A stretch of DNA of 64,000 nt from Candidatus Komeilibacteria bacterium CG11_big_fil_rev_8_21_14_0_20_36_20. GTDB taxonomy: Bacteria > Patescibacteriota > Patescibacteriia > UBA1558 > GWA2-36-10. The DNA is taken from positions 76,458 to 140,457 of the forward strand of contig PCWQ01000012.1 of assembly GCA_002787405.1 (NCBI GenBank). The letters are read 5' to 3'. The position numbers and the translations under genes were made by a program. The notes below the pieces were generated by a model. It saw only the letters and a list, made by a program, of their open reading frames with translations. It was not told where the DNA came from and searched no databases. Every line of letters starts with the position of its first letter. The first letter of the stretch is position 1. Of this stretch, positions 18,389-28,098 are shown piece after piece.

Positions 18389-19339
18389 TTATTTTTTCTT
18401 TTGCCAATCAGGAATCAAAACTTTATCGCCTTGCAAGTAACGATAAGCTTGTAAGGCCGCTTTGGCGCCTTCTCCAGCCGAAATAACTGCTTGCTTATAA
18501 GTAATATCGGAAATATCGCCAGCAGCAAAAATGCCTGGCAAGTTGGTTTCACAATCTTTGGATATTTTGATCTCCTGACGCTCACTAAGCTCGACTAACT
18601 CTTTTAACCAATCTGTTTTAGCCACGTGACCAATTTCAATAAAAACACCGTCAACTTTAACTTCGCCTTCTTGGCCATCATTAGTAATATAAGCCAATGC
18701 TTCTACTTTGTTCTGCCCTTTAATTTCTTTAGTATCGGCGTTGTAAATAATTTCTACATTTTTAGCCGCCTTAACTTGATCGACTAAAACTTGCTCTCCC
18801 CTGAATTGATCTCGACGATGAAGTAAATAAACTTTCTGGGCAATGCGGCTTAAAAATTCAGCAGCATCTAAAGCAGCATTGCCTCCGCCAACCACGATCA
18901 CTGTTTTATCCCGATACAAAGGTCCATCGCAAGTAGCACAATAAGTGACACCTTTGCCAGTTAATTCTTTTTCGCCCGGAACTTTTAAATCACGTGGCAT
19001 TAAACCAAATGCCAAAATTACTGTTTTGGATTTAATTTCTTTATTACTTACTGTTTTTAAAAAAAAAGTTTTGTCTTGTTTTTCTAACTTAACGATCTCT
19101 TCAAAAATAAACTCCGCTCCTGCTTTCTGAGCTTGCTGTTGAAACTTCTGGCCTAATTCCAAACCGCCAATCGTTTCAAAGCCAGGATAATTTTCAATAT
19201 CATCGGTTAGGGACATTTGTCCGCCAACATCTTTAGAAATCACTAGCGTTTTCAAAGCTCGACGAGCAGTATAAATAGCCGCCGTCAAACCAGCTGGCCC
19301 AGCGCCAATGATAACGACGTCATAAATATCGTTTTTCAT
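18389..19339 (-). CDS. trxB: Thioredoxin reductase
   Basis: GAGPAG, CATCDG, GGGNAA, FAAGD. Confidence 0.95.
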   Translation of the reverse strand: MKNDIYDVVIIGAGPAGLTAAIYTARRALKTLVISKDVGGQMSLTDDIENYPGFETIGGLELGQKFQQQAQKAGAEFIFEEIVKLEKQDKTFFLKTVSNKEIKSKTVILAFGLMPRDLKVPGEKELTGKGVTYCATCDGPLYRDKTVIVVGGGNAALDAAEFLSRIAQKVYLLHRRDQFRGEQVLVDQVKAAKNVEIIYNADTKEIKGQNKVEALAYITNDGQEGEVKVDGVFIEIGHVAKTDWLKELVELSERQEIKISKDCETNLPGIFAAGDISDITYKQAVISAGEGAKAALQAYRYLQGDKVLIPDWQKKK

Positions 19340-19344
19340 AAAAC

Positions 19345-19671
19345 TTATTTTAAGTGTTGGTTAATCTTTTCCACTAAAGCATCCTTATTTTGTAAACCCA
19401 TCGTTTCATCAACTACTTGACCGTTTTTAAAAATTTTCAAAGTAGGAATACTCATTACTTGAAATTCCGAAGCAGTTGTTTTGCTTTGATCAACGTCAAT
19501 TTTGACAATCTTAACTTTATCGTTTGCGGAAAATTCTTTAGCTAACTCGTCAATAATTGGAGCTTGCATCTGACAAGGCCCGCACCAAGGTGCAAAAAAA
19601 TCAACTAGTACCACGCCGTCAAATTGTTTGACTTCTTGATCAAAATTTTGATCTGTTAAATTCATCGCCAT
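19345..19671 (-). CDS. trxA: Thioredoxin
   Basis: WCGPC active site. Confidence 0.96.
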   Translation of the reverse strand: MAMNLTDQNFDQEVKQFDGVVLVDFFAPWCGPCQMQAPIIDELAKEFSANDKVKIVKIDVDQSKTTASEFQVMSIPTLKIFKNGQVVDETMGLQNKDALVEKINQHLK

Positions 19672-19689
19672 ATATTTTTTAATTACTAA

Positions 19690-19953
19690 TTAAGTTATTT
19701 TAAATAAAATTTTAATTAATTTTAATAATTCCTGTTTTTTTAAAGCCGATTTTTGTCCATAACAACCCTGAATCTTATCAGTCACTAATAGCTGGCAAAC
19801 CGAATCCAAAGAAGCCCGCGCTGCTAAAACCACGCGCACGATTTCTTCAACATCACGCTGGTTCTGATACATTTTTTCAATCGCTCTAATTTGACCTTCA
19901 ATGCGATGGAGCTGCGAAATTATTTTTCCTTGATGACAAATTTTTTGATTCAT
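19690..19953 (-). CDS. CsoR/RcnR family repressor with non-canonical ligand set
   Basis: LHRIEGQIRAIEKM motif; cognate-type operator directly upstream. Confidence 0.85.
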   Translation of the reverse strand: MNQKICHQGKIISQLHRIEGQIRAIEKMYQNQRDVEEIVRVVLAARASLDSVCQLLVTDKIQGCYGQKSALKKQELLKLIKILFKIT

Positions 19954-19960
19954 ACCTTTA

Positions 19961-20004
19961 ATACCCTATAGGGGTATACTAACATCTGTGCGCAAGGTTG
20001 TCAA
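19961..20004 (-). promoter_or_regulatory. CsoR-type operator overlapping a sigma70 promoter
   Basis: ATACCCTATAGGGGTAT pseudo-palindrome (19961-19977); TTGACA (20004-19999)-17-TAGTAT. Confidence 0.8.
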
Positions 20005-20090
20005 ATACCTAACTACTATTATTGACAATATTGATAATTTAAATTAATATTCCTCATTAAACTAGTCCCTTAAAAATCAAGGAGTATCCA

Positions 20091-21320
20091 ATGAATTATG
20101 GAATAAAAATCCCAGAAAGAACTATTCATATACCGATTAATGGCCCTGTAGATATTACTGGATTACGACCAATTATAGACAGTCCAAATTTTCAAGGACT
20201 GTTGGAACATTACCAACTTGGTTTTGCTTATAAGGTTTTACCTGGAGGCGTGCATACCCGCTTTGAACATTCTTTAGGTGTTTTATGTCGCTTAAGACAA
20301 ATCATAGAACGACTAAAAATTGTTGATCGGGATGTTGTGCATGCACTTGAAGTAGCTGCTCTCCTCCATGATATTGGTCATGGGCCCTTTTCACATGAAA
20401 TTGAAAAAATGCTGCCCTTTAACCATACTGAAAATGGTTTAAGAATACTGCAGTCGCTACAAAATGTCATTGCCTCTTATGCTAATTATCAATTAGTTGA
20501 AAAACTTTTCAATAATCAGCACCCTCTGGGCCAACTGATTCACAGCCCCAATTTTGGCGCTGATAAAATGGATTATCTTCATCGAGATGCTCATCATACT
20601 GGCTATGAATTAGCTTTTAATGCGGACAAAATCATGCAGTATCTACAATTTATAGAAAATCAGTTAGGTATTAGTGACAAGGTTATTGAAGAAGCTATTA
20701 ATTACCAGTTTAGCTATCTTCGAATGTATAAGATGATTTATCTAAACGGAACCGCTAAAATTATTACTCGTATGTTTCAGCGGGCTTTAGCTGAATTATC
20801 TCGCTTAAATCTTGATCTCTATAATTTAAGCGATTCCGAAGCCCTAACTTTAGCAGCTAAGCATTCTCTAGGTAAAAACATTCTGTTGCGAAAATTGCAC
20901 AAAGCTATTGCTACTTTTAAAATAGCCCCTTATGCCGATGAACAACATCTTGGAGATTTTGACTACCCCATACATGAAATTGATTCTAAACTGCTACAAA
21001 AATGGAACCGGTTTCTTAGCAGTCCAAAAAAACTACTTGAATTAGAAAAGCAGCTTGAAAAAGAGCTTAAACTTAAAAGCGGAGAAATCCTGATTGTCCA
21101 GCCTGGTTTTTTTGAAAGACTGGCACTAAATGACGTTGTTTTGTTTAAAAAAGACAATAGCACCGACTCTCTCTTTTCAAGGGTCCCTAGCCATATAAAT
21201 ACTCTACGCGAAATGGTGGATCGCTTTTTTTATATACATGTGGCTACGACTCAGGAAAATATCATTAGACTGGTAAAAATTGACTTCAAAAAAATTTTTG
21301 AAGAAAATATATCCGAATAA
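20091..21320 (+). CDS. HD-domain phosphohydrolase (SAMHD1/dNTP triphosphohydrolase-like)
   Basis: QLG...HTRFEHSLG, LLHDIGHGPFSH, DKMDYLHRD. Confidence 0.85.
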   Translation: MNYGIKIPERTIHIPINGPVDITGLRPIIDSPNFQGLLEHYQLGFAYKVLPGGVHTRFEHSLGVLCRLRQIIERLKIVDRDVVHALEVAALLHDIGHGPFSHEIEKMLPFNHTENGLRILQSLQNVIASYANYQLVEKLFNNQHPLGQLIHSPNFGADKMDYLHRDAHHTGYELAFNADKIMQYLQFIENQLGISDKVIEEAINYQFSYLRMYKMIYLNGTAKIITRMFQRALAELSRLNLDLYNLSDSEALTLAAKHSLGKNILLRKLHKAIATFKIAPYADEQHLGDFDYPIHEIDSKLLQKWNRFLSSPKKLLELEKQLEKELKLKSGEILIVQPGFFERLALNDVVLFKKDNSTDSLFSRVPSHINTLREMVDRFFYIHVATTQENIIRLVKIDFKKIFEENISE

Positions 21321-21477
21321 TCCTGATTTTTACCTAGTCTTACTTTTTAAACTATTTCCTCTTTTATGACTCTTTAACCTTCGAGATTAATCTCGAAGGT
21401 TATTATTTTTACTTGACAAAATAATATAAATATGCTATACTTATTTAATATAATGTATCTTACAAATTGGAGAAAAA

Positions 21478-21795
21478 ATGCAGAAAATCCTAGATTTTTT
21501 CTGGGTTATCGCCGCTACTCTGGGCACATTGTTTGCCACTGGCTTATTATTAATCTGGATTTTTGATCCAGTAATCTTTGCTAATGAGCAACCATATTTA
21601 ACTTCCCAACAAAATAATCAGTTGGGAATGGAACTAGCTAAGCGCTTTTGGATAGGCCTAATAAGCGCTGTAGTCTGGTTTAGTGTCCTTTGCCTCTTGC
21701 TAGGACTGTTTAAAAAAATAAACAGGAACACTACAAGGGTCTTAATGACTCTTTATTGGCTAGCAACAGTAATTATACTTTATCTCTGCGGCTAA
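21478..21795 (+). CDS. Hypothetical three-TM membrane protein
   Basis: Three hydrophobic segments; consensus promoter, GGAG and terminator. Confidence 0.75.
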   Translation: MQKILDFFWVIAATLGTLFATGLLLIWIFDPVIFANEQPYLTSQQNNQLGMELAKRFWIGLISAVVWFSVLCLLLGLFKKINRNTTRVLMTLYWLATVIILYLCG

Positions 21796-21871
21796 AAATT
21801 ACCCTGAACCATCTGGTTCAGGGTATTAAATTTGCTAAAATTAGCCAAAAAAATTAGTTCTATATAGTATC

Positions 21872-22837
21872 TTAGCTCATTTTTTCATCAACAATATCAC
21901 CCACTAACTCTTCTAAAAGATCCTCCATGGTCACTAGCCCCAGAATTTGCTGGTTTTTCCTGACTACCAAAGTAATGTGGGTCTGCTCGGCTCTCATTTT
22001 ATTAAAGACAAGATTAACTTTTTCCCGTTCATTGACCTTCATAATTGGCTGAATATGCTTAATTATCTGATCTTCGCGATCATCACTATTTAAAACTTTC
22101 ATAATATCCATAGCATGAACATAACCAATAATATTATCTTTTTGATTATGATAAACCGGATAACGACTAAATCCTTCTTGGGCCATAAAATAAGCCACCT
22201 GATCTACTTCAGCTTCAGCATCCACAACCGCCATTTTATAGCGAGGCGTCATCGTGTTTTTAACCGAAGTATTATTAAATTCTAGAACATTCATAATCAT
22301 TTCATGCTCTTCAAAGTCTAAAACCCCTTTTTCTACAGCTAAACGGCTAAAGGCCTTAAATTCTGTCTCTGAAACACCTTCTCTTTTTTTGCCTTTAGTT
22401 AACAAAAATAACAATTTTTCTAATAAAAACAACAATGGAAATAGTATTATTTGTAAAAAATAAATAACTGGCGCAAAAAAGAGAGCCATTTTAACAGCAT
22501 GAATCTGAAAATAGGCCTTAGGATACATTTCCCCAAAAATTAAAATCAACAAAGTCATTCCTCCAGTAACTAGCCCTACTCCGGCTGAGCCGACAGTATT
22601 AATAGCTGCTACCGTAGCTAAACTTGCAGCTCCAATATTAACTAGATTATTACCTAATAAAATCACCACTAAAAGACGGGGTTTATTATTTAAAAGTTTA
22701 CTTAGAAGTTCTGCGTTGGGCTTTTTAGCTAAAATTAAAGATCTTATTTTAGCGCTAGAAAGTGAAAAAAGAGCTATTTCCATACCAGAAAACCAAGCTG
22801 ATAAAATAATTAAAAGTGTTAAATATACAAAAATCAT
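21872..22837 (-). CDS. CNNM/DUF21-CBS (HlyC/CorC family) membrane protein
   Basis: FSGMEIALFSLS, ILLGNNLVN, FGEMYPK, MTPR, SRYPV, GLVTMEDLLEELVGDI. Confidence 0.9.
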   Translation of the reverse strand: MIFVYLTLLIILSAWFSGMEIALFSLSSAKIRSLILAKKPNAELLSKLLNNKPRLLVVILLGNNLVNIGAASLATVAAINTVGSAGVGLVTGGMTLLILIFGEMYPKAYFQIHAVKMALFFAPVIYFLQIILFPLLFLLEKLLFLLTKGKKREGVSETEFKAFSRLAVEKGVLDFEEHEMIMNVLEFNNTSVKNTMTPRYKMAVVDAEAEVDQVAYFMAQEGFSRYPVYHNQKDNIIGYVHAMDIMKVLNSDDREDQIIKHIQPIMKVNEREKVNLVFNKMRAEQTHITLVVRKNQQILGLVTMEDLLEELVGDIVDEKMS

Positions 22838-23052
22838 ATTTGATCAATTAAAAAACGCCTTAAAAATAAGGGTTTATCATATTTTTACTAAATTTTATTA
22901 AGTATACTTTCGGACTCGGATCAGGGTCTATCTGATTCATATTTCTATATAATAGTGAAATCTACAAAAAAGTCAAATAATTTATCATAGATGACTTGCT
23001 CTCCATACCTCCGAACGAATATTGCAAAGCGATATGAGTGAAGAGCGAAGGA

Positions 23053-23127
23053 TGGTGTCCTTGAGAGGAATCGAACCTCTATTTAGGCCTTAGGAGAGCC
23101 TTGTTCTATCCATTAAACTACAAGGAC
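23053..23127 (-). tRNA. tRNA-Arg(CCT)
   Basis: GTCCTTGTAGTTTAATGGATAGAACAAGGCTCTCCTAAGGCCTAAATAGAGGTTCGATTCCTCTCAAGGACACCA. Confidence 0.93.
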
Positions 23128-23245
23128 TTATATATTTCTGTGCCCACCGAAACTGAAAGTGTGGGCGGATCGAATCAAAATTCTAAAAAAATAAAAAATA
23201 TTATTTTTATCTTTATTTTTTAAAACAATATTGTGTCGTAATATA

Positions 23246-23380
23246 TTAGAATTTGGACATCCTAGTTAAAATACCATTGGTTTGTTCTAAAACATAAAAA
23301 GCGACAAAAATAGCTAAAATTAAAAGCGTCAACCATAATGTTTTTCTAATATCTTTCTTTAAAAATATAAATTCATCCAT
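23246..23380 (-). CDS. Small single-TM protein (44 aa)
   Basis: MDEFIFLKKDIRKTLWLTLLILAIFVAFYVLEQTNGILTRMSKF; below the ORF-track cutoff. Confidence 0.55.
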   Translation of the reverse strand: MDEFIFLKKDIRKTLWLTLLILAIFVAFYVLEQTNGILTRMSKF

Positions 23381-23534
23381 TTGTTTATATTTACTAATAA
23401 AGAGCACCAATAATTATAGTATAAGAGCCGCCAAAAGTCTATCTTAGCCCTGCTCGTTCCTTTGACTTTTTTAGGACTTTGCATTAAGATTGACTTAGTT
23501 AATCAACTTAAAATACTCAATTAAAATAACTTTT

Positions 23535-23984
23535 ATGTTTACTAAAAATCAAACTCACAAAAATCAAAAAACCATCGAAACCATTATTGGGCCGTCTGTT
23601 CGCTTAGATGGCAATTTTAGAGGAGAAGGTGATTTAGTGGTTGAAGGAGTTTTAGTTGGCACTCTACAAACTAAAAATAATCTAAAAATTAGCCCTTCCG
23701 CTGTGGTAGAAGCTAGTATAAAAGCCAATAATGCTTTTATTTCCGGCAAAATCAAAGGAAATATCACTGTAAAAGGAAAAATTGAAATTACTGGTACCGC
23801 TATTATCCTTGGTGATATAAAAGCTCAAATTATTTCTATTGAAAGTGGTGCTTTAATTCAAGGACAAATTTCTATGCCGGTTGAATCAGTGGTGATTACT
23901 GAAGCTAAAAAAGATGTTGATCAAAAAATCTCTCCTTTAACAACTATGAAAGAAAAGCAATTTGAAGAAAAGCCAAATAAGTAA
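23535..23984 (+). CDS. Bactofilin (polymer-forming cytoskeletal protein)
   Basis: TIIGPSVRLDG...GDLVVEG...GDIKAQIISIESGALIQG. Confidence 0.9.
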   Translation: MFTKNQTHKNQKTIETIIGPSVRLDGNFRGEGDLVVEGVLVGTLQTKNNLKISPSAVVEASIKANNAFISGKIKGNITVKGKIEITGTAIILGDIKAQIISIESGALIQGQISMPVESVVITEAKKDVDQKISPLTTMKEKQFEEKPNK

Positions 23985-24014
23985 TTAACCATAAGCTATA
24001 GGCAATAATCCAAT

Positions 24015-24764
24015 ATGTATCTTTATATTTATGATTCTTTCCTTAATGACAAAAAATATACTGATCTACTGATAAAAATAGAAAAGAGGGTCACTGATCT
24101 AGGCATTAAGGGTCGTATTGCCAAACTCTCTGTTCTGAAAAATATGAAAGAGTTGATTACCGATGGGATTAAGGAAGGAATACAAAATGTGGTGGTTATT
24201 GGCAACAACCAAACTTTTGCCAAGGTTATAAATATCGTGGCTGATTTAGATATCACCCTAGGATTAATTCCAATTGATAATAATAATAAAATTGCTCAAC
24301 TACTAGGTATTCCTCCTAAAGTCTTGGCTTGTGATGTCTTGGCTTCGCGAATTATTAAAAAAATTGATTTAGGTAAGATAAACAACCATTATTTTATTAA
24401 TACTGCTGAAATTATAAATGGTGATGTAATTATTGAATATGATAATTTTAAAATAAAACCATTAACTGCACACAATCGCATTACGCTTCATAATTTTAAA
24501 ATTGATGAACAGTTAGACTACCAATCAAGCCCGATGGACGGAATTTTAGATGTTGTAATCACTCCTATAAAATCAACTTTATTTGGTAAGAAAAAATCCA
24601 GTCACACGGTTCTTCCTTTTACTAAAATAAAAATCAGCAGCAATGCCGAAGAGCAGGTTTCTATTTTAACTGATGAACAAATTATCATGAAAACACCGGT
24701 GGAAATAACAGTCGCTCCCCAAAGACTAAAAATTATCGTTGGTCCAGATCGAATTTTTACTTAA
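24015..24764 (+). CDS. Diacylglycerol-kinase-like fold protein (degenerate ATP motif)
   Basis: VVVIGNNQTF in place of GGDGT; LGLIPI...NKIAQLLGI; IDLGKIN; SPMDGILD. Confidence 0.7.
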   Translation: MYLYIYDSFLNDKKYTDLLIKIEKRVTDLGIKGRIAKLSVLKNMKELITDGIKEGIQNVVVIGNNQTFAKVINIVADLDITLGLIPIDNNNKIAQLLGIPPKVLACDVLASRIIKKIDLGKINNHYFINTAEIINGDVIIEYDNFKIKPLTAHNRITLHNFKIDEQLDYQSSPMDGILDVVITPIKSTLFGKKKSSHTVLPFTKIKISSNAEEQVSILTDEQIIMKTPVEITVAPQRLKIIVGPDRIFT

Positions 24765-24794
24765 TTATGCTACGTAAAAATATTTTAAGTTATT

Positions 24795-24823
24795 AAAAAA
24801 ACACCTTAATAAAGGTGTTTTTT
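24795..24823. terminator. Bidirectional terminator between convergent genes
   Basis: AAAAAAACACCTT-aat-AAAGGTGTTTTTT. Confidence 0.75.
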
Positions 24824-24832
24824 ATTAGCTTA

Positions 24833-25546
24833 TTATTCAACAACCTCGACGGTCGTTTTTTTATTTTTAACACCTAAAACTATATACTGCTGACCAACTG
24901 AAAATAAGGTAGTTAATAACCAATAGAAAGTTAAGCCAGCTGGAAATTGTGAGCCAATAACTATAGTAACTACCGGCATAATATACAACATCTGTTTGTT
25001 CATGGCACCCATGGTTCCACTGTCTTTTTTCTTAGTCATTAACATTTTTGACTGCCAATATTGAGCTAAACCAGCAAAAACAGCTAATAAAATACTCTTG
25101 TTGGCTAAATTCAAAAATCCAAAAGCCGTTTGATTTAAGATGCCAGGATTGGAAATAAAACCATATAAAGCACTCATCGCATCTTCCTGTTTTAAACCAT
25201 TATAAAAAACTCGATAAACCGCAAATAAAAAAGGTAGTTGAATTAATAAAGGCAGACAAGAGGCAAAAGGGTTTATTTTCTTGTTTTTGTATAAAGCCAT
25301 CAACTCTGGACCCATTTTTTCCTTATCTCCTTTATATTGTTCTTTAATCCTCTCAATCTCCGGCTGAATTGACTGCATATCTTTCTGGGCCTTGATCGAT
25401 TTTTTAGATAGGGGATAAAGAATTAATCGAATAATTAAGGTCAATAAAATAATAGCTATTCCTAGATCCTGTCCAGGGATCACATTGTATAAAAAAACCA
25501 ATAGATTGAAAATGGGTTGGTAGAAAATAACAAAAAATATATTCAT
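24833..25546 (-). CDS. yidC: Membrane protein insertase YidC (short form)
   Basis: AIILLTLIIRLILYPL, INPFASCLPLLIQLP, PAGLTFYW. Confidence 0.95.
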   Translation of the reverse strand: MNIFFVIFYQPIFNLLVFLYNVIPGQDLGIAIILLTLIIRLILYPLSKKSIKAQKDMQSIQPEIERIKEQYKGDKEKMGPELMALYKNKKINPFASCLPLLIQLPFLFAVYRVFYNGLKQEDAMSALYGFISNPGILNQTAFGFLNLANKSILLAVFAGLAQYWQSKMLMTKKKDSGTMGAMNKQMLYIMPVVTIVIGSQFPAGLTFYWLLTTLFSVGQQYIVLGVKNKKTTVEVVE

Positions 25547-25569
25547 GTTTTTGTTTTATTTATTAATTA

Positions 25570-25803
25570 TCACAACGGATCGTGTCCGCCTCGCGAAAAA
25601 GGGTGACAGCGCAAAATACGCCAAAATGATTTCAAAAGCCCTTTAATTAGCCCATATTTTTTAATAGCTTGATAAGAATATGCTGAACAGGTTGGTGTAA
25701 AACGACAATAGCCATAAGGAAAATATACTCTAAACCACCCTGTGTCTGGAGATAGTGTTTTTTGATACCAATAAATTAATTTTAAGACAATTTTATTTAT
25801 CAC
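25570..25803 (-). CDS. yidD: Membrane protein insertion efficiency factor
   Basis: [25 protein letters not shown]. Confidence 0.95.
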   Translation of the reverse strand: MINKIVLKLIYWYQKTLSPDTGWFRVYFPYGYCRFTPTCSAYSYQAIKKYGLIKGLLKSFWRILRCHPFSRGGHDPL

Positions 25804-26152
25804 CTTGAGATTTATTATAGATTTTTATTTGAGAAAAGGCAAAGAGTAGTTGTTTTTTTATCTGCTGAAAATCTAGCTCCAATGCCCTTTTTTTAGCTAT
25901 AATTAGCACCGAATATCCTAATTTTAAATTTGGAAAAAGCTCTTTAACAGCTTCTCTTAGCCGCCTTTTTAATAAATTACGAACACTAGCCCTTTTATCA
26001 ACTTTGGTAGAAATAACAAAACCAACCTTAGTGGTTGCTTCTTTATTTATTTGATATCTAATAATAAATTGGGGTAATAAAAATGTTCGACCGGTTTTAA
26101 CCAATTTTTTTATTTCGGTTTCTTTGTTAAGTCTATGGTTTTTAGGCAGCAT
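25793..26152 (-). CDS. rnpA: Ribonuclease P protein component
   Basis: [33 protein letters not shown]; position between rpmH and yidD. Confidence 0.93.
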   Translation of the reverse strand: MLPKNHRLNKETEIKKLVKTGRTFLLPQFIIRYQINKEATTKVGFVISTKVDKRASVRNLLKRRLREAVKELFPNLKLGYSVLIIAKKRALELDFQQIKKQLLFAFSQIKIYNKSQGDK

Positions 26153-26169
26153 AATGGCCTTGTTTTTGA

Positions 26170-26310
26170 TTAAACAGTTAACCGGCCTCTTTTTTTAGTG
26201 CGACGCCTTTTTAAAACTTGGCGACCCTTTTTATCAGCCATTCTAGCCATAAAACCGTGTGTTTTTGCTCTTTTTCTTTTTTTGGGCTGATAAGTTCTTT
26301 TGGTTGACAT
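26170..26310 (-). CDS. rpmH: 50S ribosomal protein L34
   Basis: [46 protein letters not shown] (manual translation). Confidence 0.96.
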   Translation of the reverse strand: MSTKRTYQPKKRKRAKTHGFMARMADKKGRQVLKRRRTKKRGRLTV

Positions 26311-26404
26311 AAACTAGAGATCTTCAATAATTAATAACTTCAAAATGATACCACATTCTTTGTTTTTTAACAAGGTTAAAATCTTTTCCAATTTTACCAA
26401 CATT

Positions 26405-26413
26405 TTATACACA
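26405..26413 (+). promoter_or_regulatory. DnaA box upstream of dnaA
   Basis: TTATACACA matches TTATNCACA. Confidence 0.7.
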
Positions 26414-26491
26414 TGTTATTAACTCAATTAATGTTTAAGTTAATATTATTTTGTGTTATAGTTATATTACGTATATTTTCACCCTAAAAAC

Positions 26492-27865
26492 ATGCATGAT
26501 AATGACAAATTATGGCAAACTGTTTTGGGAGAATTAGAGCTCCTAATCAGTAAAGCTAATTTTACTACTTGGTTTAAAAATACTTTTATTACTGAGAGTG
26601 ATAGTCAAAATATTGTTGTCGGAGTACCCAACGCTTTTACTAAGGTTTGGTTAGAAAAAAAATATCACAAAAACATAACTGAAGCCCTAGAAAATGTTTT
26701 ATCAAAAAATAATCTACAGGTTATCTACAGGGTTGAAAATAAAGATAATATAGCTAAAATTAGCCAAAAAAATACAAAATATTCTGAAAAAAATGAAGGT
26801 GTTGTGCATAACTCAACCCCATCCATTAAAAAATCATCTGGAAAATTTGGGGTTAATTTTAACTACACTTTTAATAATTTTGTGGTTGGGCCTGGTAATG
26901 AACTGGCTCATGCCGCAGCAGATGCCGCTGCCAAAAGACCCGGCGAGGTTTATAATCCTCTTTTTATCTATGGTGGGGTTGGTTTAGGTAAAACTCACCT
27001 TATTCAGGCGGTTGGTAACCACATTTTATCAAAAAACCCTTCCAAAAAAATTCTTTACATTAATAGTGAAAAATTTACCAACGACTTCATTTATTCCATA
27101 AAAAATGGTCGAACTGATGATTTTAAAGAAAGATACCGCAGTGTAGATGTCTTATTAATTGATGATATTCAATTTATTGCCGGCAAAGAACAAACTCAAG
27201 AGGAGTTTTTTCACACTTTTAATGTCCTACATCAAAATAATAAACAAATTGTTATTTCTTCAGACCGGCCGCCAAAAGCCATCCCTAGTATTGAAAGCCG
27301 CCTTATTTCTCGTTTTGAATGGGGAATGATTGCTGATATTTCTTTTCCAGACCTAGAAACTCGTATGGCTATTTTAGAAATCAAATGTAGAGATAAAAAC
27401 TACCAATTAAATAAAGATGTGGTTGAATTTATTGCTGAAAACATTCAAAATAACATTAGGGAATTAGAAGGCGCTTTAAATAAAATTATTGTTTTTCATC
27501 AATTAAACAACACTATGCCAAGCTTAGAAAGCGTCAAGGCGATTTTAAGTGGGATTTCAAACAACCCTAAAAAAGCCGGATTAACCACTAAAAGAATTTT
27601 ACAAGTAATTGCCGAATTTTTTGATATTAGTGCTGGTGATCTATTGGGTAGTAGTCGTAAAAAAGAGTTGGTAGTCCCCCGCCAAATTGCCATGTTTCTT
27701 ATGCGGGAGGAATTAAACTCTTCTTATCCTAATATTGGCCGTTCGCTTGGCGACCGAGATCACACCACAGCTATGCACGCTTGTTTAAAAATAGGTGGTT
27801 TGGTTGAATCTGATGACAAAATAAAAAATGATGTTTTTGTTTTAAGACAAAAAATATATGAGTAA
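26492..27865 (+). CDS. dnaA: Chromosomal replication initiator DnaA
   Basis: YNPLFIYGGVGLGKTHL, LLIDDIQF, RELEGAL, RDHTTAMH. Confidence 0.98.
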   Translation: MHDNDKLWQTVLGELELLISKANFTTWFKNTFITESDSQNIVVGVPNAFTKVWLEKKYHKNITEALENVLSKNNLQVIYRVENKDNIAKISQKNTKYSEKNEGVVHNSTPSIKKSSGKFGVNFNYTFNNFVVGPGNELAHAAADAAAKRPGEVYNPLFIYGGVGLGKTHLIQAVGNHILSKNPSKKILYINSEKFTNDFIYSIKNGRTDDFKERYRSVDVLLIDDIQFIAGKEQTQEEFFHTFNVLHQNNKQIVISSDRPPKAIPSIESRLISRFEWGMIADISFPDLETRMAILEIKCRDKNYQLNKDVVEFIAENIQNNIRELEGALNKIIVFHQLNNTMPSLESVKAILSGISNNPKKAGLTTKRILQVIAEFFDISAGDLLGSSRKKELVVPRQIAMFLMREELNSSYPNIGRSLGDRDHTTAMHACLKIGGLVESDDKIKNDVFVLRQKIYE

Positions 27866-28098
27866 AAAGTGTTAATAATATTGTTAATAAACCCTTAAAA
27901 TAATTTGTAAAACAAAAAACAATATCCCCAAAACATATTTTTCAACAAGTTAGTAGAAAATCATTAACGCTTTATCCCCAAAAAAATTTATAGAAAAATA
28001 AAAACATTCCTTAATAAAAACATAAAATTTGAAAAAGTTATCAACTTATAAACAGGGCTTATTACTACAATTAATTCTAAATAAATAACAATAATAAT
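27866..28098. other. Probable oriC (dnaA-dnaN intergenic region)
   Basis: Degenerate DnaA boxes (TGTTAATAA x2, TTATCCCCA, TTATCAACT/TTATAAACA at 28038-28054), then GGGC and a TTATTACTAC trio-like run; gene-strand switch nearby. Confidence 0.8.
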
